From: an uncultured cyanobacterium
GTDB taxonomy: Bacteria > Cyanobacteriota > Cyanobacteriia > Cyanobacteriales > CAWCAG01
Assembly: GCA_963803805.1 (NCBI GenBank)
Contig: CAWDOD010000004.1
Coordinates: forward strand, 464,839-528,838
Length of the DNA: 64,000 nucleotides
Direction: 5' to 3'
The notes beneath the pieces are model-generated. The model worked only from the letters and a program-made list of their open reading frames with translations. It was not told the DNA's origin and made no database searches. Positions 51,887-61,512 of this stretch are shown here, piece after piece; position 1 is the stretch's first letter, and every line of letters starts with the position of its first letter. The position numbers were made by a program, and so were the translations under genes.

Positions 51887-54241
51887 CTAGCTTACAGTTT
51901 GTAACTCTAACTTCTGCTTTTGGGCTGATAAAACCTGTACTTCCCCTGCTTCATCCAGGTCTACTTTCGCCACATCTCCATCTTCTACTTCCCCAGAAAG
52001 AATCGCTTCAGCTAAGCTATCTTCCAATAATCGCATAATGGCACGGCGTAAAGGTCTGGCTCCGTAATTAGGGTCATAGCCTTCATCAACCACTTTTGCT
52101 TTAAAGCTTTCAGTAACTTCTAAGGCAATGTCTCGCTGTTGTTCTAAACGTTGAGAAACGTCAGCCAACATAATATCGGCAATTTCTGTTACCTCTTGTC
52201 GCTGCAACTGACGGAAGACGATTATGTCATCAAGGCGGTTAAGAAATTCAGGACGGAAAAACTGCTTAAGTTCTTCATTAACCAAACTACGAATACGTTT
52301 GTATGCTGCTTCACCTTCGTTATCAGAAAATTCAAAACCTAGCCCTGTACCACCTTTTTCTATGACCTTAGAACCGATATTTGAGGTCATGATAATTAGG
52401 GTGTTTTTAAAGTCTACTTTACGACCCTTCGCATCGGTAAGATGACCATCATCCAAAAGTTGTAACATGGTGTTAAACACATCGGGATGAGCTTTTTCTA
52501 TTTCATCAAAAAGTAAAACAGAATAGGGTTTGCGACGAATGGCTTCGGTAAGTTGTCCCCCTTCGTCATAACCAACATATCCCGGAGGAGAACCAATTAG
52601 TTTAGAAACTGTATGTGCCTCCATATACTCAGACATATCCACCCGGATCATATTGTCCTGGGAACCAAACATACAAGCTGCTAAGGCTTTAGCTAACTCG
52701 GTTTTACCTACTCCTGTGGGGCCAGAGAAAATGAAGCTGGCAATGGGTCGGTTGGGGTCTTTCATCCCTACCCTAGCGCGCCGGATTGCGCGGGAAACAG
52801 CGATAACAGCTTCTTCTTGACCGATTAAGCGTTCATGGAGTGATGCTTCTAAGTGAAGTAGTAACTCCGTTTCTGGCTTGTTTAACTTGGTGACGGGAAC
52901 CCCTGTCCAAGCGGCAACGATTTGGGCAACTTCTTCTTCCCCAACTACGGGAATAGTTGCTTCTGGGGTTTCTCCTGGGGCAACTTTGAGTTGAATGGAA
53001 TGACGTAAGTGAAGGTGAGAACCTGCTTCATCAATTAGATCGATGGCTTTGTCAGGGAGGAAGCGATCACTAATGTAACGATCGCTAAGAGTAGCTGCTG
53101 CTTCTATGGCTGCATCAGAAATTTTAACCTTGTGATGCTCTTCGTAACTCTCTTTTAAACCTTGTAAAATCTCAATGGTTTCAGCAACAGAAGGTTCACC
53201 TACTATTACTTTTTGGAAGCGCCTTTCTAAAGCAGCATCTTTTTCGATATGCTTGCGAAACTCATCTAAGGTAGTTGTTCCTAAGCATTGCAATTCTCCC
53301 CTAGCTAAAGCAGGCTTAAGAAGATTGGCTGCATCCATGCCCCCTTCAAAGCCACCTGCCCCAATTAAGGTATGAATTTCATCAATCACCAGGATAATGT
53401 TACCGGAGGCACGAACTTCTTCGACAACAGCTTTGAGGCGTTCTTCAAATTCTCCTCGAAATTTCGTTCCTGCTACCAATAAGCCCATATCAAGGCTAAT
53501 TACCTCTTTTTCTTTGATTAGTTCCGGTACTTCCCCAGCGATGATACGCTGGGCTAATCCTTCGGCGATCGCCGTTTTGCCAACTCCCGGTTCTCCGACT
53601 AAAATAGGATTATTTTTGGTGCGGCGACCTAAAATTTGGATAGTTCTTTCTACTTCTTGACTACGCCCTACCACAGGATCAAGTTTACCTTCTTTGGCTT
53701 GCTCAGAAAGATTGATACTAAATTCAGCTAAGGTTGGTTTACCCCCTTGTCTACTACCAAAAGGAGAATTATTCTGCCCTTCCGTACCAACAGTAGCCGC
53801 AGCAGGGGTTTCTCCTACTTTGCGAATCACTTCTGTTCTTACTTTGCCTAATTCTACTCCCAACTGGTCTAAAACTTTCGCAGCGACGCTATCTTTTTGG
53901 GTGGTTAAGGCCAAAAGTAAATGTTCTGGCCCAATGAAATTGTTACCCAACTGACGGGCTTCTTGTAAAGACTGTTCAAAAAACTTTTGGGCCTTTGGGG
54001 TGAAGGGAATATTAACAGGAGTATAACCAGGTCCCCGCCCAATTAAATTTACCACGACTTCTCTGGCTTGGGCAAGTTCAATGCCTAAAGCCTTAAGTAC
54101 CTGGGCGGCAACCCCTGTACCTTCAGCAATTAAACCCAGGAGTATTTGTTCACTACCCACAAGATTATGCCCTGAACGACGGGCTTCTTCCTGGGCTAGC
54201 ATAACAGCTTTGATAGCTTTATCCGTAAAATGTTCAAACAT
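51887..54241 (-). CDS. clpC: ATP-dependent Clp protease ATPase subunit; ClpC-like paralog lacking the middle coiled coil
   Basis: Clp-N repeats, two Walker A motifs ([16 protein letters not shown]), GYVGY and the LGF loop. Confidence 0.88.
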   Translation of the reverse strand: MFEHFTDKAIKAVMLAQEEARRSGHNLVGSEQILLGLIAEGTGVAAQVLKALGIELAQAREVVVNLIGRGPGYTPVNIPFTPKAQKFFEQSLQEARQLGNNFIGPEHLLLALTTQKDSVAAKVLDQLGVELGKVRTEVIRKVGETPAAATVGTEGQNNSPFGSRQGGKPTLAEFSINLSEQAKEGKLDPVVGRSQEVERTIQILGRRTKNNPILVGEPGVGKTAIAEGLAQRIIAGEVPELIKEKEVISLDMGLLVAGTKFRGEFEERLKAVVEEVRASGNIILVIDEIHTLIGAGGFEGGMDAANLLKPALARGELQCLGTTTLDEFRKHIEKDAALERRFQKVIVGEPSVAETIEILQGLKESYEEHHKVKISDAAIEAAATLSDRYISDRFLPDKAIDLIDEAGSHLHLRHSIQLKVAPGETPEATIPVVGEEEVAQIVAAWTGVPVTKLNKPETELLLHLEASLHERLIGQEEAVIAVSRAIRRARVGMKDPNRPIASFIFSGPTGVGKTELAKALAACMFGSQDNMIRVDMSEYMEAHTVSKLIGSPPGYVGYDEGGQLTEAIRRKPYSVLLFDEIEKAHPDVFNTMLQLLDDGHLTDAKGRKVDFKNTLIIMTSNIGSKVIEKGGTGLGFEFSDNEGEAAYKRIRSLVNEELKQFFRPEFLNRLDDIIVFRQLQRQEVTEIADIMLADVSQRLEQQRDIALEVTESFKAKVVDEGYDPNYGARPLRRAIMRLLEDSLAEAILSGEVEDGDVAKVDLDEAGEVQVLSAQKQKLELQTVS

Positions 54242-54430
54242 AATAGTGAGTAGTTCTTTAGTTAACTTTTCTTTACTTACTACTCACTTTATCCTGGTTA
54301 TCATGATTCGACAGTGGTAGAAGCCGTAATTACTAGGGGAAGTTTTCACTTAGACTAAACAGGGAGTAGAGAATAGGGTCAATCTAGGAAAGGGCAATCC
54401 ACCTCCTACAAATCAGCACAAGCTTATTAC

Positions 54431-55342
54431 TTAATTTCCACCGATCGCACCTTGCCCTTCAGGAGAACCAATATAACCTAGAAAAGCTTTTACCGCATCG
54501 CTAGCCGGTTCTTTATAAACGTAATATAACTCCCTTTGGAAAGGATAATTATCACTGCTAGCATTAAGGCCATTTACTTGTAGAACCCGAACTGTTCCTT
54601 GATTAGCAACTTGGGCATAGGTTGCATAACTAATACCATTGCCCCCTAGTTTTTGCAAAATAGGAGTTGTGGCATCCCTTTGCATGATTTCAAAATTAGC
54701 ACCGTTACCAAAATCTCCTCCTTGCAACACTACTTCTTGAAAAAATTGCCGAGTTCCACTCACAGGAGGACGATTAATTACTTTAATATTTCCCTGTCCT
54801 CCTCCTAATTCTGACCAATTAGCAATATTGCCTTGAAAAATATCCCTAACTTGTTGTTCTGTTAAACTTTTGGAGAAAATATTTTCCTTACTAACGACAA
54901 TAGCTATGGAATCTTGGGCAACTGCAACTGGCACTAAACCTTGATTGATTTCTTCTGAGGTTAAGGGGCGAGAAACTGCGGCTAAATCAATATTTCCACC
55001 TGCTAATAATTCAATGCCTTTATCTGTTCCTCCTGGCTGGGTTTCAACTCTGGTGTTAGGAAATCGCTGTTCAAAACTATTTTTTAATGCTTGATTGATT
55101 TGTACCATACTGGTAGAACCAGCAATTTTTACTGTTGTACCACTAGGAACATTATCAGGATTAGAAAAGGGGTTTTGACTGCTACTATTACTGCTAGAAT
55201 TACCAACTTGAGGGTCTTGATCAGCGAGATTATCATCTCCTCCACCTAATTTACTGCGAAAGAAAAACCAGCCCCCACCCAATAAAGCAGCAGTAACTAG
55301 TAAAGCTAAAACTAAAGTTAAAGTTTCGTTTTTCTGAGACAT
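54431..55342 (-). CDS. PstS-like (PBP superfamily) phosphate-binding protein
   Basis: N-terminal TM; IAGSTS, GTDKGI, AAVSR, SGTR. Confidence 0.8.
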   Translation of the reverse strand: MSQKNETLTLVLALLVTAALLGGGWFFFRSKLGGGDDNLADQDPQVGNSSSNSSSQNPFSNPDNVPSGTTVKIAGSTSMVQINQALKNSFEQRFPNTRVETQPGGTDKGIELLAGGNIDLAAVSRPLTSEEINQGLVPVAVAQDSIAIVVSKENIFSKSLTEQQVRDIFQGNIANWSELGGGQGNIKVINRPPVSGTRQFFQEVVLQGGDFGNGANFEIMQRDATTPILQKLGGNGISYATYAQVANQGTVRVLQVNGLNASSDNYPFQRELYYVYKEPASDAVKAFLGYIGSPEGQGAIGGN

Positions 55343-55374
55343 AATACTAATTAAATATTGAGATTATTAAGCAA

Positions 55375-56424
55375 TTAGCGGATGTTGACAAAACCCGCTT
55401 CGCGAACTAATTTTTGCCCTTGGTCACTAAGTATAAGATCAGCGTAGGCTATTCCTGCTTGTTCGTCATCTTGGTCATTTTTTTTCACTACAACAAATAG
55501 GCGGCGAGTAATAGGATAAGTTCCTGTTTGGAAAGCTTTGCTGTTGAGTTCATTTCGTTGATTGGGGCATTGACTGAGGGGAACAAAGGGTTCTTGATAA
55601 GGAGAAACAAATTTTTCTGTGGAACTCGAAGCTAAAGGTAAAGATTTAATGGTACATTGAGGAACGACTTCTGGGGCAGAGGCATAGTAAATACCTCCTT
55701 GATCTTCTGCTACTGCCCTAATTGCTTCAGTGGTAGTAGGAATGAATTTTACATTATTACCAAACTCTTCTTCTGCTAAGATATTATCAACAAAAAATTC
55801 TACAGTTCCCCCATCTTCTATACGGCGACTATAGGGAGTGATTGGTAAATTTGGGCCTCCTACTTCGTTCCAATTAGCTATTTTGCCCGTATAGATATCT
55901 TTGAGTTGAGTGATAGTTAAACCAGGAACATTTAAGTTAGGGTTAACAGCGATGGCAATACCATCAATAGCCACCGGGATTTCCTCGATGGTAAAGCCTC
56001 TTTGGGCTGCTTGTTCGTATTCTTCATCTTTGAGGGAACGAGAGGATTGAGAGAAAGCTAGTTGCCCTTTTAACAACATTTCAATTCCTGTACTAGAACC
56101 CGGTGCTTTGGTAGGATGATCTGTATAACGTAGGTTAAATTGTGGCCAAACTGTTTGAATAGCAGAGTCTACTTCTTTGCGAATGGGGGCCCAGGTTGTG
56201 CTACCACCATAGTTGAATAAACCGGAAGGCACTCCCTCAACTTGAGCAAAATTGGCAACTTGAGAAGACTGAGTAGCAGTATTGTTACTGGTAGTAGTAG
56301 GATTAAGATTATTTGGTGAAGAGTTACCAAACTGGCGTAACAACCACCAACCACCACCACCTAATAAAGCAGTGGTTACAACGAAGGCCAAAATTAGAGG
56401 TACGGTTTCGTTCTTTTGGGACAT
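55375..56424 (-). CDS. PstS-like phosphate-binding protein
   Basis: N-terminal TM; YGGSTT, GSSTGI, SQSSR, VAIDGIAIAVN, YPITRRL. Confidence 0.8.
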   Translation of the reverse strand: MSQKNETVPLILAFVVTTALLGGGGWWLLRQFGNSSPNNLNPTTTSNNTATQSSQVANFAQVEGVPSGLFNYGGSTTWAPIRKEVDSAIQTVWPQFNLRYTDHPTKAPGSSTGIEMLLKGQLAFSQSSRSLKDEEYEQAAQRGFTIEEIPVAIDGIAIAVNPNLNVPGLTITQLKDIYTGKIANWNEVGGPNLPITPYSRRIEDGGTVEFFVDNILAEEEFGNNVKFIPTTTEAIRAVAEDQGGIYYASAPEVVPQCTIKSLPLASSSTEKFVSPYQEPFVPLSQCPNQRNELNSKAFQTGTYPITRRLFVVVKKNDQDDEQAGIAYADLILSDQGQKLVREAGFVNIR

Positions 56425-56580
56425 GGATTAACGACGACAATTACCTAAAGCTGAGTCTTTAGCTTACTTCAACTTAGCTGGTTTAAGAGGAGTTAAATAA
56501 TTGGTTAAGAAGAGTATATAGTGAGATATCAATTAAATTAGATGTTAAGATACTTTCGATTACAGCTAAGTTAGAGTGAA

Positions 56581-56616
56581 GTAGAATCCCCACGCCTTGG
56601 TTGGGGAGTATGTCAA
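56581..56616 (+). mobile_element. Isolated IS200/IS605-family right-end remnant
   Basis: GAATCCCCACGCCTTGGTTGGGGAGTATGTCAA: subterminal hairpin plus TCAA end typical of tnpB-element right ends; no tnpA or tnpB nearby. Confidence 0.6.
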
Positions 56617-57072
56617 AAGTATGTTTGCGTTATCCAAGCCGCAATTTCACGATCAGTGAGGATTTTTTCAATTTTCATTGCCTCAGCCTTAGTTGCTATC
56701 AAAATATGCTTCATCATCACCGCCTCTTGAGCTTCAGCCGCGAGAAAAGCTGCATTAAGGGCAATGTTGCGGATGCTGCCCCCAGTTACCGATAGTTGCC
56801 CTAAGCTTTCATAGTTCAATTCCACAGCCACTACGTTTAGCCAAACCCCACTTTTGGTAAAGCTTTGCCCTTTGGCGTACCTGGCTGGCTAATTCCTGCA
56901 ACAGACTCTTGGTTTTTTCCGGCAGGATTAAATCTTCCCAGGTAGCTTGGCTTTCTACCCGTTGTGCTAAATCATCTAATTGGGGACGGGCTTGGGTGCG
57001 ACAGTCGAGAAGCAGAAAGGTAGTAGAGGGGATAATTATTTTCCTGACAGGCTGCGATCGCAATTTCTTCAC
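56613..57072 (-). pseudogene. Internally deleted AAA+ ATPase of the CIS (Afp15-like) type
   Basis: LDDLAQRVESQATWEDLILPE..VRQRAKLYQKWG is joined out of frame to LSVTGGSIRNIALNAAFLAA; the Walker A/B core is absent. Confidence 0.75.
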
Positions 57073-57138
57073 AGGTAGTCAGTGAATGACCGCCACTGAT
57101 GATGTTTGGCCTGATATTTATATGACAAAAGAGGGAAG

Positions 57139-57366
57139 ATGGTTCTCAAGACCGAGTTTGATGAAGTTAAAAATTTTTCTGAAGGACTAGCTGCTGTAGC
57201 TGTTGGTGAAAAATGGGGCTACATTAATCGAGCAGGACGGCTCGTTATTAAGCCTCAATTTGATTTCGCCAGCAAATTTTCCCAAGGATTGGCGCAGGTA
57301 ACAATTGATGGCAAGCTGGGCTACATCGATAGAGCAGGGAAAAAAATTTGGTTTTCTGCTAACTAA
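57139..57366 (+). CDS. WG-repeat (KWG) protein, probably a C-terminal fragment
   Basis: FSEGLAAV..KWGYIN..G and FSQGLAQV..GYID repeats; no signal peptide. Confidence 0.7.
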   Translation: MVLKTEFDEVKNFSEGLAAVAVGEKWGYINRAGRLVIKPQFDFASKFSQGLAQVTIDGKLGYIDRAGKKIWFSAN

Positions 57367-57643
57367 TTTAATCACTGGAGTTTAGACTAATTTAATAACA
57401 GTAGTTTGTCAGACGACGAAGCTACCACAGTTATGTCATCTCTGCTTGAGGGTTGGCTGCGTTGGCAAAATCTTTTCACTCCTGTAGATACTGATTTAGA
57501 TGGTCTTAATGATGATGTAGTTCGTAATGATTACGTTAATGAGTGCGATTCGCGGATCTTGTAGGGTGCGTTTCTTAACTTAAAACCTTTATCCCCAACA
57601 ATTTATTAATAACATTGAGGAGAGAAAACCTGGTGAACTAAGA

Positions 57644-58369
57644 ATGCTCTCCATGCTTAATTGTCCTCAATGTAACTCCCAGCAAGTTGTCAAAAATGGT
57701 CATATCCACAATGGCAAACAACGCTTTAAATGCCATGAGTGTGGACGACAGTTTGTAGAAAATCCTACTAATAAAATAATTACAGATGAGACAAAAGCCT
57801 TGATAGAGCGCCTTTTGTTAGAAAGAATCTCCCTCGCTGGGATTGCCAGGGTAGTTCAAGTGTCAGAAAAATGGCTACAGGACTATGTTAATAGCAAATA
57901 CGCTACTGTTCCTAAACAGGTCAATGTATCTGTTAAAAAAAAGGCAACTTGACAGTGGAAGCTGACGAGCTATGGTCATTTGTAGACAACAAAGGTAATA
58001 AACAATGGGTTTGGTTAGCCATAGATGAGCGAACCAGAGAAATTGTCGGAGTTTACATCGGTCAAAGGAATCGTGATGCGGCCCATCAACTATGGTCTTC
58101 TTTACCTGGGGTCTATCGCCAATGTGCAGTGGTCTATACGGATTTTTGGGAAGCTTATGAAAAAGTGATTCCGAGTAAACGACATCGAGCCGTAGGCAAA
58201 GAAACAGGTAAGACTAGCCATATTGAGCGACTCAACTGCACATTAAGGCAGCGAATTTCGCGATTGGTTAGAAAAGCTCTTTCTTTTTCCAAGAAACTGG
58301 AAAATCATATTTAAGCTATCTGGAATTTTGTCCATCACTATAATAAATCATTACCTGTTTAGGACTACC
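57644..58369 (+). mobile_element. IS1-family element (InsA/InsB, -1 frameshift), probably inactive
   Basis: InsA zinc finger CPQC..CHECGRQF; A8 slippery run near 57935-57942; InsB in the -1 frame (DELWSFV, YTDFW, HIERLN); premature TAA at 58312-58314; right end ...GGACTACC at 58369. Confidence 0.9.
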
Positions 58370-58469
58370 TTTTACTCTTCATTCTCTCCTAACTCTTCTT
58401 AATTGTAAAAAACCTACACCTGTCAGGCCATCTTTCCCCGTGTATCTCCAACACAACAGCAAAATGGCA

Positions 58470-58967
58470 TTACCCACCAATCAAAACCGTTGGACAGCAT
58501 CCCACAATTTTATTCGGTGGCCCTACAGCTTCTAAAATGGTATCTCCCAAACGGGCAGCAGGTAAGCCATTAATCAATACCGTTTTACTGCCATCAATAA
58601 CTACTCCGGGGCCGTGGGGAGGTATAGGTAAAGGAGTACTACATATATGCACATCTGACAAACCAGCGCTACTGCTAATCATACTACCCATGGTTGCAGC
58701 AGCCGTTGCTTTTGCTGTTTCTTCTGCTACTTTGGCGGCTGGTGCGCCAGGAGTTCCTGCGGCTGCAACGGTAGCAGATTCAGCCGTTTTAATCGCAGCA
58801 TCGGAGGTTTGTTTAGCTGATTGCAAGGCCCCAGCAACGGCAGCAGGTACACCCCGCCAAGCTGGTAATCCGCCAATAAAAACATTAATACTACCTGGCC
58901 CTCCTGTTAATACCGGGGGTAAGGGATGGGCAACAGCGTCGGTTATTCTTGCAGCAGGTTTACTCAT
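58470..58967 (-). CDS. PAAR-domain spike-tip protein with Ala-rich insertion
   Basis: PAAR, PAWR and PAAR motifs; HICSTP..PHG. Confidence 0.9.
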   Translation of the reverse strand: MSKPAARITDAVAHPLPPVLTGGPGSINVFIGGLPAWRGVPAAVAGALQSAKQTSDAAIKTAESATVAAAGTPGAPAAKVAEETAKATAAATMGSMISSSAGLSDVHICSTPLPIPPHGPGVVIDGSKTVLINGLPAARLGDTILEAVGPPNKIVGCCPTVLIGG

Positions 58968-59081
58968 TTATCGTTGCTCCTTTAACATTTATCAATGTAG
59001 GGGCGACCGGTTTTTCAGGTACTATTGAAACATAAACATCTAGGTTGGGTCGCCCTCCTAAATTATTGTTGGACTTACATT

Positions 59082-60881
59082 CTAATTTAACTTAATCACT
59101 CCCCCTTGAACACTTACCGCAGCAGTCCCTTTAATGGTAATAGTTTTAGCATCTAAAGTAATTGTATTGCCCTTGATTGTAATTGCCCCGGCTTGAGTTT
59201 GCATGGTGATACTTGTACTACCTTTTTTAATTTCAATAGTGTTGCTTTGGTCATCCATGCGAATCTCGTGGCCGGAATTGGTTTTAATATCGATAAATTT
59301 TTCGCTATCGTTGCATTGAATTTTGTGGCCATAAACCGTATCAAGAGTAATACCTTTTTTGTTGCTCCCTTTATCTTCTTCTGTAAATTGTACCTTATGC
59401 CCAGTACGGGTTTGGAAAGTTCTCAAGCGGACTTTGCCATCTGTAACTGAGTCTCCTACCCCTTCAGGAGTGGCATCTGTACCATTCCAAACACCACCCA
59501 ATACACAAGGACGATGGATGTCGCCATTTTCAAAAATAACTAAAACCTCATCGTTAATTTCTGGCAAGCAGTCTAAACCTCTCCCTCCCCCTGCCCCAGG
59601 GCTTAAAACCCTAGCCCAATAGCTAGAATGTTCTTCTGTGAGGGTGGGGAATTTGACCCGCACTCTGCCCCATTTGTTGGGGTCATTGTTATCTGTCACA
59701 ATGCCGATTAAGGGTGCTTGTCCTGGCTGTAAACGATTAGGAGGAGAGATAGTATCGAGAATATCTCGCCCTTTCAAGCCTCGTACACTGAACTCTGTAG
59801 TATAAATCCTATCTTGGAAAAGGTGGCGAGTTTCGGTAACGTAATACTCCCCATTATATTTGCCCATTTCCGATAGTTTAACCACCTTACCTGGTCTAAT
59901 CAAGGCGTTGCCTTCTCCTTTGGCATCAGCATGAACGAAGTTACCTCCTAGTTCATTACAGAGGGCTTGAGCAATTTTATCAGCTTCTTTGGCGGTAAAA
60001 ACTGATTGGTCTACTACAACCATTTTCGGGGTAGAGGGTTTGCCTTGAAAAGCGGTACTAGTGCTTTTCCCCTTACCGTATTCTGTTTTAGTAATAACTT
60101 GATCAGTATTTTTAGTGGAGACAATAGTTTGTTTACGAGAGTAATCCCAACCTCTTACTTCTACCTCTTTTACTTGTTCAGCACTATTAACTCTGACTCG
60201 AAAACTATTAAAGTCTTGCAACCATTGCAATTCTAAAGATTCATCAGATTTAGGTTCCCGGAAGTTAAGTTTACCATCTTGAACGAAACATTCAAAACCA
60301 TTCCGAGCAGCTCTTGCCCGTAAAAATCCCATGTTAGTTTGGTTATTTTGAAAAACATAACCATTAGAGCCATTAATATCCCCATAACCGTCAATAGCTC
60401 CCGTATCATCTATTTTGTTAGTAGGAATACCAACTTCCCCAGCAATTTTGTTGACAATATCTTTATCTGTCATATTCTGGAAAGAACGGTTATATTTTCC
60501 TCGATGCAGACGATGGGAAATATCATAACCTCTGATGATGATGGGAGCTTCTGCACCACTGGTAAAGTAAGCTTCAATGGCAGTGATTTCTCCTTCTAGT
60601 ACATAGTCCTGGTTTGCATCATCAAATTCTTCAGAGCCTGTGGTACTAGAACCAAAACCAATCTTAACAGTTTTACCAATTTCAAATAAGCTTTCATGCT
60701 CCCAAGGTTCGTCTTCGTTATTACCTGGTTCGTAAGCATTTCTAACAATAATGGTAAACATTCCTGGTAAGTGCAAACTCTCTTCTACAGAGATTTGTAA
60801 AATGTCTTCTTTTAATTTTTCAGAAGCTTTTTGACCATCTATTTCTAAAAGTGGTTCAGCTCGATGACTAACTCCGCCCAT
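59082..60881 (-). CDS. vgrG: VgrG-like baseplate hub/spike of a contractile injection system
   Basis: Phage late-D-like hub (RGYDISHRLHRG, EVEVRGWD), OB-fold GIVTDNNDP..GRVRVKFP..WARV..LPEINDEVLV and a beta-helix tail. Confidence 0.9.
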   Translation of the reverse strand: MGGVSHRAEPLLEIDGQKASEKLKEDILQISVEESLHLPGMFTIIVRNAYEPGNNEDEPWEHESLFEIGKTVKIGFGSSTTGSEEFDDANQDYVLEGEITAIEAYFTSGAEAPIIIRGYDISHRLHRGKYNRSFQNMTDKDIVNKIAGEVGIPTNKIDDTGAIDGYGDINGSNGYVFQNNQTNMGFLRARAARNGFECFVQDGKLNFREPKSDESLELQWLQDFNSFRVRVNSAEQVKEVEVRGWDYSRKQTIVSTKNTDQVITKTEYGKGKSTSTAFQGKPSTPKMVVVDQSVFTAKEADKIAQALCNELGGNFVHADAKGEGNALIRPGKVVKLSEMGKYNGEYYVTETRHLFQDRIYTTEFSVRGLKGRDILDTISPPNRLQPGQAPLIGIVTDNNDPNKWGRVRVKFPTLTEEHSSYWARVLSPGAGGGRGLDCLPEINDEVLVIFENGDIHRPCVLGGVWNGTDATPEGVGDSVTDGKVRLRTFQTRTGHKVQFTEEDKGSNKKGITLDTVYGHKIQCNDSEKFIDIKTNSGHEIRMDDQSNTIEIKKGSTSITMQTQAGAITIKGNTITLDAKTITIKGTAAVSVQGGVIKLN

Positions 60882-60957
60882 AATTACCTCGAAAAATTAA
60901 ACTTTTTAACTACTATTAAAAAAACTTGAATTGGTAATTAAAATCTACCAAAATAAC

Positions 60958-61470
60958 TTAACCTCTTCTTCTACTTTCTGCTTGACGCTGACTTTGGGAG
61001 GGGGCAGAAGTACTATTGGAAGCATTTTCTTCTTCTTCATCTGCTTCTTTTAAAGTAAGGCTGCTAATTACTGCCCTAACGGGAGTTCCATCTTCTAAGA
61101 ACATGGTTAATTTGTAACTCAGTTGTTCAATAAAGCAACGTCGCAAATAAACAACACTTCCCCACTGGAAGGTATATAAAGGTGGGCGTTCTTTTCCTGG
61201 AGCAAATGTTACGGCTTCTTTGAATTTATCAATATGCTTTTCGACAACATTAGTTCCCTCTTCATAGGTATCAAACATAATATTGCTAATTGTAACTGTG
61301 TAAGCTTCTATGTGCGAAAAACTAACTTTGGGAGTACCACTTTTACTATGGCGTGCTGAGGTACTTTCATTAGTAGCAACTTCCCCTTTAAACTCTAATT
61401 CCATAGGGTTAAACATGAATTCAATTTTAGAAGCTTCTTGGGAAATAAGTTGTGCTTTTTCTAAAGGCAT
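60958..61470 (-). CDS. Contractile injection system tube-initiator-like protein (Afp7-like, no LysM domain)
   Basis: LEKAQL..IEFMFNP..FDTYE..PPLYTFQWG..MFLEDGTPVRA. Confidence 0.85.
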   Translation of the reverse strand: MPLEKAQLISQEASKIEFMFNPMELEFKGEVATNESTSARHSKSGTPKVSFSHIEAYTVTISNIMFDTYEEGTNVVEKHIDKFKEAVTFAPGKERPPLYTFQWGSVVYLRRCFIEQLSYKLTMFLEDGTPVRAVISSLTLKEADEEEENASNSTSAPSQSQRQAESRRRG

Positions 61471-61512
61471 ATTTGCTCCTATGTCAAGTTATTGTAATTA
61501 AAGTTGATCTGC

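Noticed and set aside
57074-57080. GGTAGTC as the left terminal repeat of an enlarged IS1 capturing the WG-repeat gene
   Set aside because: Only 7 bp match the right end and no target-site duplication was identified.
57433-57564. 43-aa ORF with a DTDLDGLND motif
   Set aside because: No clear RBS and it lies within degraded DNA; probably a fragment or chance ORF.
58537-59028. 163-aa plus-strand ORF
   Set aside because: Antisense shadow of the PAAR gene.
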